Below are positions 29,538-39,235 of a stretch of 64,000 bases of DNA, piece by piece. The notes below the pieces were generated by a model. That model saw only the letters and a program-made list of their open reading frames with translations, searched no databases and was not told where the DNA came from. The first letter of the stretch is position 1. The number at the start of each line of letters is the position of its first letter. Made by a program: the position numbers and the translations under genes. The DNA is from Candidatus Bathyarchaeota archaeon (GTDB lineage: Archaea > Thermoproteota > Bathyarchaeia > Bathyarchaeales > Bathycorpusculaceae), in assembly GCA_963702095.1 (NCBI GenBank), contig OY969706.1:2560001-2624000 (forward strand), in the 5' to 3' direction.

Positions 29538-31763
29538 ATGCATAGAACTGCAATTGTGTGCCTTGTTCTGTCGGCGATGCTTCTTTTTCCAAGCTTCGTC
29601 TTTGCAGTAGAACAGAGCATCAGCGACACGTGGCCGATGTTTCAGCATGACCTTGCCCACACCGGTTCCTCAACATCTCAGGCGCCACAAACCAACCAAA
29701 CCCTCTGGAAATTCAACACAGGCGGACAAGTGGGTTCCCCAACCACAGCAGAAGGCGTCGTCTACGTGGGCTCCTACGACCACAAACTCTACGCCTTCAA
29801 CGCCTCCACAGGTGAAACCCTATGGTCTGGTCTCACAAACGGCATAATAATCTCCAAACCTGCAGTGTCCAACGGCATCGTTTGTGTTGGCTCCGAAGAC
29901 CACAACTTCTATGCATTCAACGCCTCAAACGGCAAACGACTCTGGAGTTACAAGACAGGCTACTACGTTGACTCCGACCCCACAATCGCCAGCGGCACCG
30001 TTTATGTGGCATCAGAAGACCATAACATCTACGCCTTCAACCTCCAATCGGGGGCGCTGCTATGGAGTTACCCAACAGGCGACAAAATCATGCTTTCCTC
30101 CACCGTCGTGAGCGGCGGCTTGGTCTACGTTGGTTCACTGGATAGAAACCTCTATGCCCTCAACGCAGCGGACGGTAGGTTGGTGTGGAACTACACCGCT
30201 GGCAACGGAATCGCCTCAACCCCCACCGTTGAAGGTGGTATAGTCTATTTTGGCTCGCTTGACGGCAAACTCTACGCATTAGACGCCTTGGATGGTAGCT
30301 TGAGGTGGACTTACACAACAGGCGGCGCCATCTACTCCTCACCCGCAGTATCGGGGGGCTTGGTTTATTTTGGGTCGTTTGACGGCAAAGTCTACGCTTT
30401 AGACGCAGCCGATGGCAGGGAAGTATGGAATTTCAGCACTGGCGGAGGCGTCGCGTCTTCCCCGACAGTTACGGGCAACCGCGTATATGTGGGTTCCAGC
30501 GACCACAAAATCTATGTCCTAAATGCCCAAACTGGTGGTGCCCTATGGAGTTACAGTACAGGCGACCAAGTCATCTCCCAACCCGACGTTGCAGGCGGCA
30601 CGGTTTATGTGGGTTCGTGGGATGGCAAACTCTATGCCCTAAACACGGAAAATGGCACATTGGTGTGGAATTATACGACAGGCGGCAAAATCGACGCTTC
30701 CCCAACCGTCGCTGACGGATTGGTCTATTTGGGTTCCCACGACGGCAAAATCTACGCGCTCAACGCTTCGACGGGGATGGTGGGGTACGATTGGGAACTC
30801 CACAACAACGTTGTGTGGAGTTACGACACGGGCGATATGGTTATGTTTTCGTCGCCTGCAATCGCCGATGGCGTCCTCTATGTGGGCAGTTACAACGGCA
30901 AAGTCTACGCACTCGACGCTCCGGACGGCGGTTACTTGTGGAGTTACCAAACCGGTTACGCGGTGGTTTCGTCTCCAGCAGTCAGCGATGGGGTGGTGTA
31001 TGTGGGTTCAGAGGACCACTGTGTTTATGCACTCAACACTTCGAATGGCGCTTTGATTTGGAAGTTTGAGACCGGCGATATGGTGATGGTGTCTTCGCCC
31101 GCAGTCGCCGACGGCAAAGTCTACATTGGCTCAAACGACGGCAACCTCTACTGTCTCGAGGCATCCACTGGGGGGTCCATCTGGAATTACACCGCAGGCG
31201 GCTACGTTGTCTCGTCTCCAGCAGTCGCAAACGGTGTAGTCTACGTGGGTTCATACGACAACAACGTCTATGCGCTAAACGCCCAGACGGGACAGCTTGT
31301 CTGGAAAATCAGCACAGGGGGCAGTGTAGCCTCGTCCCCCGCCATAGCCATCGGCGTGGTCTATGTGGGTTCAGGCGACGGCAAAGTTTACGCCCTCAAC
31401 GCCGCCAACGGCAAAGTGCTCTGGACTTATCAAACGGGCGGAGAGGTGGATTCTTCGCCTGCAGTAGCGGATGGAGTGGTCTATGTGGGTTCATACGACG
31501 ACAACGTTTACGCCCTGTCTGCGGTGGATGGCTCTCGATTGTGGAGTTATGCAACGGGTGGAGAGGTTGTTTCTTCACCATCAGTGGCAGATGGAGCGGC
31601 TTACGTGGGTTCCTATGACCACCTGCTCTACGCTTTCGGCGCCACAACAGGAAATGCTCCTTCGATCTCCGGGGGCACTCTTGTTTCTTTGGCGTTGGTA
31701 GCAGCCATCTTTTTAGCTGTCTTGATAGCGGCGTTTGCCTATAGCAAGAGACACAGGGAATAG
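29538..31763 (+). CDS. Membrane-anchored PQQ-like beta-propeller repeat protein (16 repeats)
   Basis: Signal peptide, WPMFQHD, 16 repeats of about 40 aa, C-terminal TM. Confidence 0.9.
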   Translation: MHRTAIVCLVLSAMLLFPSFVFAVEQSISDTWPMFQHDLAHTGSSTSQAPQTNQTLWKFNTGGQVGSPTTAEGVVYVGSYDHKLYAFNASTGETLWSGLTNGIIISKPAVSNGIVCVGSEDHNFYAFNASNGKRLWSYKTGYYVDSDPTIASGTVYVASEDHNIYAFNLQSGALLWSYPTGDKIMLSSTVVSGGLVYVGSLDRNLYALNAADGRLVWNYTAGNGIASTPTVEGGIVYFGSLDGKLYALDALDGSLRWTYTTGGAIYSSPAVSGGLVYFGSFDGKVYALDAADGREVWNFSTGGGVASSPTVTGNRVYVGSSDHKIYVLNAQTGGALWSYSTGDQVISQPDVAGGTVYVGSWDGKLYALNTENGTLVWNYTTGGKIDASPTVADGLVYLGSHDGKIYALNASTGMVGYDWELHNNVVWSYDTGDMVMFSSPAIADGVLYVGSYNGKVYALDAPDGGYLWSYQTGYAVVSSPAVSDGVVYVGSEDHCVYALNTSNGALIWKFETGDMVMVSSPAVADGKVYIGSNDGNLYCLEASTGGSIWNYTAGGYVVSSPAVANGVVYVGSYDNNVYALNAQTGQLVWKISTGGSVASSPAIAIGVVYVGSGDGKVYALNAANGKVLWTYQTGGEVDSSPAVADGVVYVGSYDDNVYALSAVDGSRLWSYATGGEVVSSPSVADGAAYVGSYDHLLYAFGATTGNAPSISGGTLVSLALVAAIFLAVLIAAFAYSKRHRE

Positions 31764-31781
31764 CCGCCTCCACTTTTCCAG

Positions 31782-31951
31782 GCAGATCAAAAAGTTGTCT
31801 GTTCTGCTTGTGGAAAGCTTTACAACCAGCCTGCAGCCACAAAAACTAGCCAACACCAAAACACAGCCGTCCAGACAGCCCGCTGGTTGTTGTTGTGTAT
31901 AGGGGGTTCTCTGCAACAACAACTAAACAAAAAACAGATGATTTGATATAC
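31782..31951 (+). repeat. Dispersed element, subfamily A copy A2
   Basis: GCAGATCAAA..GCTTGTGG..ACAACCAG (31822)..CTGGTTGTTGTTGTGTATAGGGGGTTCTCTGCAACAACAAC..TTTGATATAC. Confidence 0.85.
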
Positions 31952-32067
31952 TGTTTAGAGATGAAACGATTCAAACTGCATTCTCCAAGAATTTAAAGAG
32001 TTCAAGCAGCTTAGAGGAAAATTTTTATGCCAATACACAGTTGTACAACCTACAACAAGGGAATACA

Positions 32068-33375
32068 ATGTCGAAATCCTCCGCAACTAAAAAAGGTTTA
32101 ACTGAAGCCTACGATTCAAGAGAAAACTGGCCCCCCTACACGTACAGGGATTACCCAGGGATACAACCAGAAACTTACCAGGCATTCATGGAGTTCTTAA
32201 ACACCGAGAACACTTCAGGCAGGCTGATGGAGTTGCAGCCGTGGGTTTCGGTCTGTGACTCAAGATGCGCGTTCTGCTATTTCCCAACCACCGCGTCAAG
32301 AAACGTCAACATAGAAACCTACCTTGACCTCCTCAAAAAAGAACTCGCCATTTACGCCAAAACCAAATACATCACAACCAGCGTGTTCGACGAAATCGTT
32401 TTGGGCGGTGGAACCCCCAGCGTACTATCCGCTGAACAAATTATTGATTTAATTGACTTCTGCAAAACCAACTTCACCACCAGCAAAGAATACTTTATCA
32501 AAGTTACCGGTTCCTCAAAGACGCTGGCGATTCCCAAGATCAAGAAGCTAGCAGAGTACGGCGTTTACCAGATGGATATGGGCGCACAAACATTCGATGA
32601 TAAACTACGCAAAGCACTCTGCTTACCAGACAGTGCAGCAGATGTTGAAGCAGCCATAAAGTATGCTCGGAGCCTCGGTTTAGTCGTCTGTGCTGACATC
32701 ATGTATAACTTGCCAGGTCAGACGATGGAAAGCTGGGAGGAAACGCTCAAGAAAACCATCGAGTTAGACGCCGAAGTTGACTGCTATTCACTTCACGTTG
32801 ACCCAGGAACAATCCTTGAAAAGATGATTAAAAACGGCACTTCTCCACCGCAAGGAGACGCTGAACACGAGAAACAAATGTTCATGCTGGCACACAAGAT
32901 GCTAACTGAAGCAGGTTACACCGCTGTGGGACACGACCGCTACAGCCGCGTCGAGTGGCATATGCGTGAGAACTGCCTCAACGGTTGGCCATGGGGAGGC
33001 ATCTTAACCACTGGCGCCGGATGCTTCATGGGTTACCTACAGAAGTTCAGTTACTCAAACATAGAGGACATCAACGCCTACATGGAAGCTGTAAAGTCAG
33101 GCAAACTTCCCATATCCAGACTGTCAGAATCCACAATGGATGACATGATGCGCCGCACTATGTCAAGACTCTACCTGCGGTTGCCTGTAAGCAAAAAAGA
33201 GTTCAAAGAAAAATTTAACACAACCCCAGAAAAAGTGTTCCCTAAGCAGCTTGAGAAATTAAAAGCTGAAGGCTTAATCGAGACCGACGACAAAGAAGTC
33301 AGGTTAACCAAGAAGGGTGAACTCTGGAAAGGCAATATCGCTTGGGAATTCGCGCCTAACCAAACTAAATCCTAA
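32068..33375 (+). CDS. HemN-like (coproporphyrinogen III oxidase family) radical SAM protein
   Basis: CDSRCAFC, GGGTPS, GAQTFDD, DIMYNLPGQT, GAG, HemN_C-like tail (LTKKG). Confidence 0.85.
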   Translation: MSKSSATKKGLTEAYDSRENWPPYTYRDYPGIQPETYQAFMEFLNTENTSGRLMELQPWVSVCDSRCAFCYFPTTASRNVNIETYLDLLKKELAIYAKTKYITTSVFDEIVLGGGTPSVLSAEQIIDLIDFCKTNFTTSKEYFIKVTGSSKTLAIPKIKKLAEYGVYQMDMGAQTFDDKLRKALCLPDSAADVEAAIKYARSLGLVVCADIMYNLPGQTMESWEETLKKTIELDAEVDCYSLHVDPGTILEKMIKNGTSPPQGDAEHEKQMFMLAHKMLTEAGYTAVGHDRYSRVEWHMRENCLNGWPWGGILTTGAGCFMGYLQKFSYSNIEDINAYMEAVKSGKLPISRLSESTMDDMMRRTMSRLYLRLPVSKKEFKEKFNTTPEKVFPKQLEKLKAEGLIETDDKEVRLTKKGELWKGNIAWEFAPNQTKS

Positions 33376-33431
33376 ATTATTTTTATTTTTTTTAGTTTTT
33401 TGAGAAACAATAAAAAAGAAAGAAATTGGGT

Positions 33432-34088
33432 TTATTGGTGCTTCATCGGCTGGATACCATACCAGGTCATTACTTTGGCAAGAATCGGAACGATTACACC
33501 CAAAGCGATGCTTGGCACGAAGTTGATCAGAATCGAATACGCCGGGTCGGCCCACATACTTTGAGCCATCGATCGTGAAGGCTCCAGAGAGACATAATAG
33601 TTCATGTAGGTTTGGATGACAGCAGTGATTAAGGCAGCGGTTAAGCCTGCGCCTAGCAGTCGTTTGAAGTTGCTTGAGCCATTGTTGAGTGCACCTGCCA
33701 TGTAACCGATGATTACGCCGTTGACAAGGTAGAAGAGCATGCTAACGTCGCCGAAGAAGTTGTAGTTGACAAGACCCTGCGAATAAGTTGCGTAAAGCGA
33801 AGTGTATTGACCTGCACTTGCCACATAATACATGCCGCCCATGATGAAACCAGCTGCTCCACCAGCCCACTTATTCCAAAGCAAGCCAAGGATCATTGGT
33901 ACGCCAAGGACAATCATTTGTGCAAAACCGGAGACAAGAATGATGGCAATGATGTTTTGGTCACCAAGAACATGGTAGGTTCCACCGACGTTAATGTAGA
34001 CTGCAAAGACGTAGATTAGCAGTGCCAGGATGATGGGGATTGCTATACCGTCGAAAATGGTTGAAATTTTTATTTTGTTTTCTGCCAT
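33432..34088 (-). CDS. Polytopic membrane protein, ECF S-component-like (copy 2)
   Basis: 218 aa, 5-6 TM segments; PMILGLLWNKWAGGAAGF resembles S-component helices; no Cys. Confidence 0.6.
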   Translation of the reverse strand: MAENKIKISTIFDGIAIPIILALLIYVFAVYINVGGTYHVLGDQNIIAIILVSGFAQMIVLGVPMILGLLWNKWAGGAAGFIMGGMYYVASAGQYTSLYATYSQGLVNYNFFGDVSMLFYLVNGVIIGYMAGALNNGSSNFKRLLGAGLTAALITAVIQTYMNYYVSLEPSRSMAQSMWADPAYSILINFVPSIALGVIVPILAKVMTWYGIQPMKHQ

Positions 34089-34111
34089 TTTTTTATCCCT
34101 TCATTTGTTTC

Positions 34112-34768
34112 TTATTGGTGCTTCATTGGCTGGATACCATACCAGGTCATTACTTTGGCAAGAATCGGAACGATTACACCCAAAGCGATGCTTGGCACGA
34201 AGTTGATCAGAATCGAATACGCCGGGTCGGCCCACATACTTTGAGCCATCGATCGTGAAGGCTCCAGAGAGACATAATAGTTCATGTAGGTTTGGATGAC
34301 AGCAGTGATTAAGGCAGCGGTTAAGCCTGAGACGAGCAGTCGTTTGAAGTTGCTTGAGCCATTGTTGAGTGCACCTGCCATGTAACCGATGATTACGCCG
34401 TTGACAAGGTAGAAGAGCATGCTAACGTCGCCGAAGAAGTTGTAGTTGACAAGACCCTGCGAATAAGTTGCGTAAAGCGAAGTGTATTGACCTGCACTTG
34501 CCACATAATACATGCCGCCCATGATGAAACCAGCTGCTCCACCAGCCCACTTATTCCAAAGCAAGCCAAGGATCATTGGTACGCCAAGGACAATCATTTG
34601 TGCAAAACCGGAGACAAGAATGATGGCAATGATGTTTTGGTCACCAAGAACATGGTAGGTTCCACCGACGTTAATGTAGACTGCAAAGATGAATATCAGT
34701 AACACTAGTATGATCGGTATGACGATGCCGTCGAAAATCGTTGAAAGTTTAAATTTGTTTTCTGCCAA
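34112..34768 (-). CDS. Polytopic membrane protein, ECF S-component-like (copy 1)
   Basis: Near-identical to 33432..34088 except the first ~28 aa and one GAG/VSG change; TTG start. Confidence 0.6.
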   Translation of the reverse strand: MAENKFKLSTIFDGIVIPIILVLLIFIFAVYINVGGTYHVLGDQNIIAIILVSGFAQMIVLGVPMILGLLWNKWAGGAAGFIMGGMYYVASAGQYTSLYATYSQGLVNYNFFGDVSMLFYLVNGVIIGYMAGALNNGSSNFKRLLVSGLTAALITAVIQTYMNYYVSLEPSRSMAQSMWADPAYSILINFVPSIALGVIVPILAKVMTWYGIQPMKHQ

Positions 34769-34915
34769 TTTTTATCCCTTGCTCTATTTTACGTGGTGGC
34801 ATGTTTATAAGCTTAATGCTTGCAAGCTTGAAATGTATAAAAACGCCTCCGATTTTCAAACGGAAATTGACAAATGACAATAAAATACAAAGAAAAGAAT
34901 AAAGGGGGAAGTTGT

Positions 34916-36211
34916 TTACTGCCGCGCCATTTTAACGTTGTAGGCTAACGGTAGTCCAGATGGACAAACGTATGAGCATGTTCCGCATGCAATGCAGTCT
35001 TTCGCCCAAAGCTTCTCTGCCTTGGCGAAGTCGCCTTTGATGACAGCGTTGTAGATGGCTACTGGCTGCAACCGGACTGGGCATGCGTCGCCGCATCTGC
35101 CGCAGTGGATACAGGCGGTGGATTTAGGTACTTTTGCGTTGGCTTTTGCGAAGTAGATGATGCTTGAGGTGCGTTTGGTGACTGGAGCATCGAGGGTTGG
35201 AAGCGCCATACCCATCATGACTCCGCCGACGACGACTGCACTGGTCTTGGTCATTTTGAGGTTGTTGGCGTTGAATATGTCGCTGATTGGTGTGCCGATT
35301 TTCAGCATTAGGTTCTTTGGTTTCGCTACGTCGCCGTTTAAGGTGGCTACTCTGCTTATGAGTGGTTCACCCTCGAAAACAGCGTTTGCAATGGCGTTGA
35401 TGGTGGCTACGTTTTGCACGATGGTGCCCATTTCGTAGCTGCGTTTGCCCGCTTGGGGTTCGTAGCCTAAAATGGCTTTCTGCATCATGCCTGCGTCGCC
35501 TTGCTGGTAGGTGAGGTGTTTTGCGACAACTTCTGTGTCTGGTTCTTTGCTAAAGGCTTGTTGAAGTTTAGGTACTGCTTCAGCTTTGCTTTCTTTGGTG
35601 ACGACGATAACTTTAGGGTTGCCAAGGATTTTGCGGACAACGCGGACACCGCGGACTAAGTTTGCGGTGCGTTCAATCATGACGCGTTCGTCTGCTGTAT
35701 CGTAGGGTTCGCCTTCTGCGCCGTTGACGAGTAGGTACTTGATTTTTTTGTCTGCTGGAATCGAGAGTTTAACGCTGGTAGGGAAGCCTGCGCCGCCCAT
35801 GCCGATGATGCCTGCTTCACGGATGATTTTTAGGAGGTCTTCGTTTTTGGTGGTTGCGAGTTCAGATTCTTTGATGGGGCTGATAGCTTTGTCCACGGTT
35901 TTTTTGCCGTCGCCTTCGATGTAGATGGCTTCGGTGGGTGCTTCAAAGCAGCTGTTGTAGGCATTTTCGATTCTGACAACTTTGCCGCATATGGGGCTGT
36001 GAACTGGGGCGCTGACGCGTTCTTTGGTTTCTGCGATTTTTTGGCCGATGATTACGGTGTCTCCGACTGCGACGAGTGGGCTGTTGCTGGCTCCGCTTTG
36101 CTGGTTGACTAGGACAACTGCGACTTTGGGGTCTGGGAAGACTTCGATGGGTGTTTTTCTTGCAACGTCTTTTACTTCAGGTATAACAACTAAGTTTGCC
36201 ATTATGTTCAT
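34916..36211 (-). CDS. rnfC: RnfC-like NAD(P)H/FMN/Fe-S subunit
   Basis: VHSPICG, AGIIGMGGAGFPT, NGAEGEPY, GGVMMG, CIHCGRCGDACP and CIACGTCSYVCP. Confidence 0.9.
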   Translation of the reverse strand: MNIMANLVVIPEVKDVARKTPIEVFPDPKVAVVLVNQQSGASNSPLVAVGDTVIIGQKIAETKERVSAPVHSPICGKVVRIENAYNSCFEAPTEAIYIEGDGKKTVDKAISPIKESELATTKNEDLLKIIREAGIIGMGGAGFPTSVKLSIPADKKIKYLLVNGAEGEPYDTADERVMIERTANLVRGVRVVRKILGNPKVIVVTKESKAEAVPKLQQAFSKEPDTEVVAKHLTYQQGDAGMMQKAILGYEPQAGKRSYEMGTIVQNVATINAIANAVFEGEPLISRVATLNGDVAKPKNLMLKIGTPISDIFNANNLKMTKTSAVVVGGVMMGMALPTLDAPVTKRTSSIIYFAKANAKVPKSTACIHCGRCGDACPVRLQPVAIYNAVIKGDFAKAEKLWAKDCIACGTCSYVCPSGLPLAYNVKMARQ

Positions 36212-37331
36212 CTCCCGAAGGGTTTGTTGATCCGTATTTTGTCAATAGCAGGTGTTAATAAGTTCATGATCAACAATGCTAGCAATGTGCCTCCGAAGAA
36301 GTTCATATATGTTTGTATCAGAATGCTTAGAACTGCGAGGCGACGCCGAAGATGATTTGTCCGACTCCACTGTAGGGGGTTGTCGCTGGATCCGTTGCCA
36401 TGAAGAACGCCAGGAAGATTGAGCTGCCGATGAAGAGTTCGAAGAGCAATCTGACTAGGAGGTCTGTGTCTGCATAGATGAAGCTGAAGATGAGTGAGAG
36501 GATTGCGATGGCGACAAGGTAGCTGACGGTGATTTTCCATTTGATGTATTTGCGTGCGAGGACAAAGAGTGCGATGCCTGCGACGATGACTGCGAGGCTG
36601 CATGCTCCGCCGACCCATCCGTGGAACTTGTCGAGAAACATGAGATTAAACAAGTCGTTGGAAGTTACATCCGTTAGCATTACGTTTGGGTTGTTGAAAC
36701 AGGAGCCTAAATAATATGCGAAGGATGAGCCGCCGTTGTTGCCTATGGGGTTTAAGCCAAAGCCTAAGGGCCCTGCGAGTGAGGGAACCATGAGGGGTCC
36801 GTTCAGGAGATGGTCGACTGCAAGGAGGGTTGCTGGAAGCGTGGGAAGCAAAACGAGGAATTTAGCTGCTGCTGCGGGGTTAACCCATTTCCTGCCTGCA
36901 AGACCCATGAGTTTCTTGAACAGGACAAGGCCGATCACGGAGATTAATGCCACGTAGAAGAATGCGATGGGGGCTTCAACTGGTAGACCCATTTCAGTGT
37001 TCATTGCGGGTGAGCCGAGAGTGAAGCTGTCTGCGACGATTAAGCCGAAGACTGCTGCTGACCAAGTGTTGACTTCGCTGTCAACTGCGACTTTGCCGAT
37101 GAGGAAGTCTACGGATACTGCAACGCCGACCGAGATAAGTGCGCATAAACCTGCGGTTAAACCTAAATTCCATCCTGAGGGGGTTGTGACTGAAGACCAG
37201 AGGGCAATTGAGACGATGGTTACTGCCAATATCGCAAAGAAAGTGTATTGCATCAAGCGGTTTTTTGTCATTGCGCCGTGTATGTGTGGTGCTGGATTTA
37301 CAGTTAGTTCATTTGAGTTTTCGTTACTCAT
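36208..37331 (-). CDS. rnfD: RnfD-like membrane subunit (frameshift near 36340)
   Basis: PAPHI, NPAAAAK, AFFMATDPATTP; last TM (LLIMNLLTPAIDK..KPFG) is in ORF 36208..36618. Confidence 0.82.
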
Positions 37332-37543
37332 ATTATTTTAACCTTCTCAAATTAAGAGGTATTTCTAAGCGCTGACTTATTAAACTTTTTAGGGAACATG
37401 CGGTTTTAGCGCAAAAACGCTTATTATAGGGGCACTAAGGTCCTTTTTTTATGTTTTAACAAATTGAATTCGCTGTTTAGCGCTGTAGGGAAGCAAAGCT
37501 AATACGTTTAGAGACTAAACTATCCTGCATCGGGGACTTTGCT

Positions 37544-38002
37544 GTGACACGCGCAACCGATTTGGAGCCACAAGGAACCACACTAGAAGTCTACCTCTAC
37601 GTCGCCAAAAAAGGGCGGCCGGTGGGTCCCCGCGACGTTACCAAAGGCGTCAACCTCAGTAGCCCCAGTGTCGCCTACCGCCACCTCCAAAAACTCGAAG
37701 ACAGCGGCTTAATAGCCAAAAACGAGTATGGCGAATACCTGCTTAAGCGTCGGGTGCCGCTTAAGAATCAGGTTTGGCTGGACCGCCATTTAGTGCCTAA
37801 ACTGTGGCTCTATGCACTGTTGTTTTTGGCGATCTTGGTAGTGGAGCTTGTGATTTTGGCAATCCACTATGCGGTGGAAACCTACGAGTTCAAAGTTTTC
37901 TTTTTGCTGTTGACGTTGATTACGGGGTTGGCTTTGGCGGTTTTCGCCGTCGAAGGCTACCTGCAGAAGAGACGCAGAGTCATGGGCACCGCAGCCGAGT
38001 AG
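37544..38002 (+). CDS. Winged-helix DNA-binding protein with two C-terminal TM helices
   Basis: GTTLEVYLY..VGPRDV..LSSPSVAYRHLQKLEDSGLI..GEY followed by two hydrophobic helices. Confidence 0.75.
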   Translation: MTRATDLEPQGTTLEVYLYVAKKGRPVGPRDVTKGVNLSSPSVAYRHLQKLEDSGLIAKNEYGEYLLKRRVPLKNQVWLDRHLVPKLWLYALLFLAILVVELVILAIHYAVETYEFKVFFLLLTLITGLALAVFAVEGYLQKRRRVMGTAAE

Positions 38003-38105
38003 GGGTTGTTGGGGTTTTCTGCAGGTAGAAAGGAAAGAGCAAAAAGTATTTTCTTAGAGTAAATCTTATATCGACTGGGCAAATCTATTCTCCACTGTGA
38101 ATTAA

Positions 38106-39218
38106 ATGAATCCAACCACAACCCCCTTATTCATGGTTGTTTGGCGGTGTACCCGCAACTGCGTTGGCTCTTGCACCTATTGCAGTTACATAAAAGATTA
38201 TGCAAAAGACCAAGAATTAAACACTGAACAAGCCAAACACATGGTTGATGAAATAGCAGATTTTGGCTCACAGTGGTTTGGAATCAGCGGCGGAGAACCC
38301 TTGGTTCGCCCAGACATCTGGGAAATCATCGAGTACGCCGAAAAGGAACACGGTTTAAACGTTAGTTTAATCACAAGCGGCTACGCTTGGGATAAAGACC
38401 GTTTTGACAAATTAACAAAATACAACGTTAAAACCGCCATCAGCATCGATGGCACAAAAGAAACAAACGACAAAATCAGACGCGTAGGCGGCTACGAAAA
38501 AGCAATGCACGCTATGCAACAGCTTAGCAGCGTGGGGTTGCTGGACTGCTTGGTCACAACCATGACTAAGTTCAACATCAAAGACCTGCCGCATACCGCA
38601 GCGTTGGCAGAGCAATACCACGCCCGCAGCGTCGTCTACCACAACTTGGTCCCAGTCGGACGGGCAGGCGAACACATGGAAGACATCGCCCCAACCGCCG
38701 ACGAATACGAAAAAGCATTCAACCAAATCTACGAAATCCAACGCAAACTCTACGGCAAAGTCAAAGTCAACGTTTACTCACCCTTCTACGCCCGCATAGT
38801 CAAACAGAAAAACACCTCTGACTTCTGGGAATGGTACAACGAAGGCTACTTAGGCAGATGCACCATCGGCGGCAACTACATCGGCATCACAGAAAACGGC
38901 GACTACCGCAGCTGCGGCTTCCACGAAGGCTACCGCGTCGGCAACGTCAAAGAAACCAAACTACGCGACGCCTGGGCACAACTCCAACAAAGCGAATTCC
39001 ACCTAAAACTCCGCGACAAAAGCAACCTAAAAGGCAGATGCGGAGTCTGCGAATACCGAGAAATCTGCGGCGGATGCAGAACACGCGCTGAATTCTACAC
39101 AGGCGACCTCTTCGCATCAGACCCAGCATGCAACTACATACCCAAAGCGCTCCGAGAAGACCCCCAGCTGCTTGAGAAAATGCAGAAAGAAGCACTTGCA
39201 CAAATGAAAAAGCAATAA
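38106..39218 (+). CDS. Radical SAM/SPASM protein (paralog of 28359..29450)
   Basis: CVGSCTYC, GGEPL, SIDG, CTIG..GDYRSC..CGVC..CGGCR..DPAC. Confidence 0.88.
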   Translation: MNPTTTPLFMVVWRCTRNCVGSCTYCSYIKDYAKDQELNTEQAKHMVDEIADFGSQWFGISGGEPLVRPDIWEIIEYAEKEHGLNVSLITSGYAWDKDRFDKLTKYNVKTAISIDGTKETNDKIRRVGGYEKAMHAMQQLSSVGLLDCLVTTMTKFNIKDLPHTAALAEQYHARSVVYHNLVPVGRAGEHMEDIAPTADEYEKAFNQIYEIQRKLYGKVKVNVYSPFYARIVKQKNTSDFWEWYNEGYLGRCTIGGNYIGITENGDYRSCGFHEGYRVGNVKETKLRDAWAQLQQSEFHLKLRDKSNLKGRCGVCEYREICGGCRTRAEFYTGDLFASDPACNYIPKALREDPQLLEKMQKEALAQMKKQ

Positions 39219-39235
39219 AGTTTTTTCCTTATTTT

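Larger units (their letters stand above)
33432..34780. repeat. 680-bp tandem gene duplication
   Basis: 33432-34009 vs 34112-34689 differ by about four substitutions by eye; both share the AAGGGATAAAAA leader. Confidence 0.9.

Noticed and set aside
25577-31763. Propeller proteins as PQQ-dependent dehydrogenases
   Set aside because: Only structural blade repeats are visible, with no recognisable catalytic or vicinal-disulfide motifs and no pqq genes
33432-34768. Twin genes as RnfA/RnfE or as a DGR template/variable pair
   Set aside because: They have no Cys ligands or RnfA/E motifs; differences are not adenine-specific and no reverse transcriptase is present
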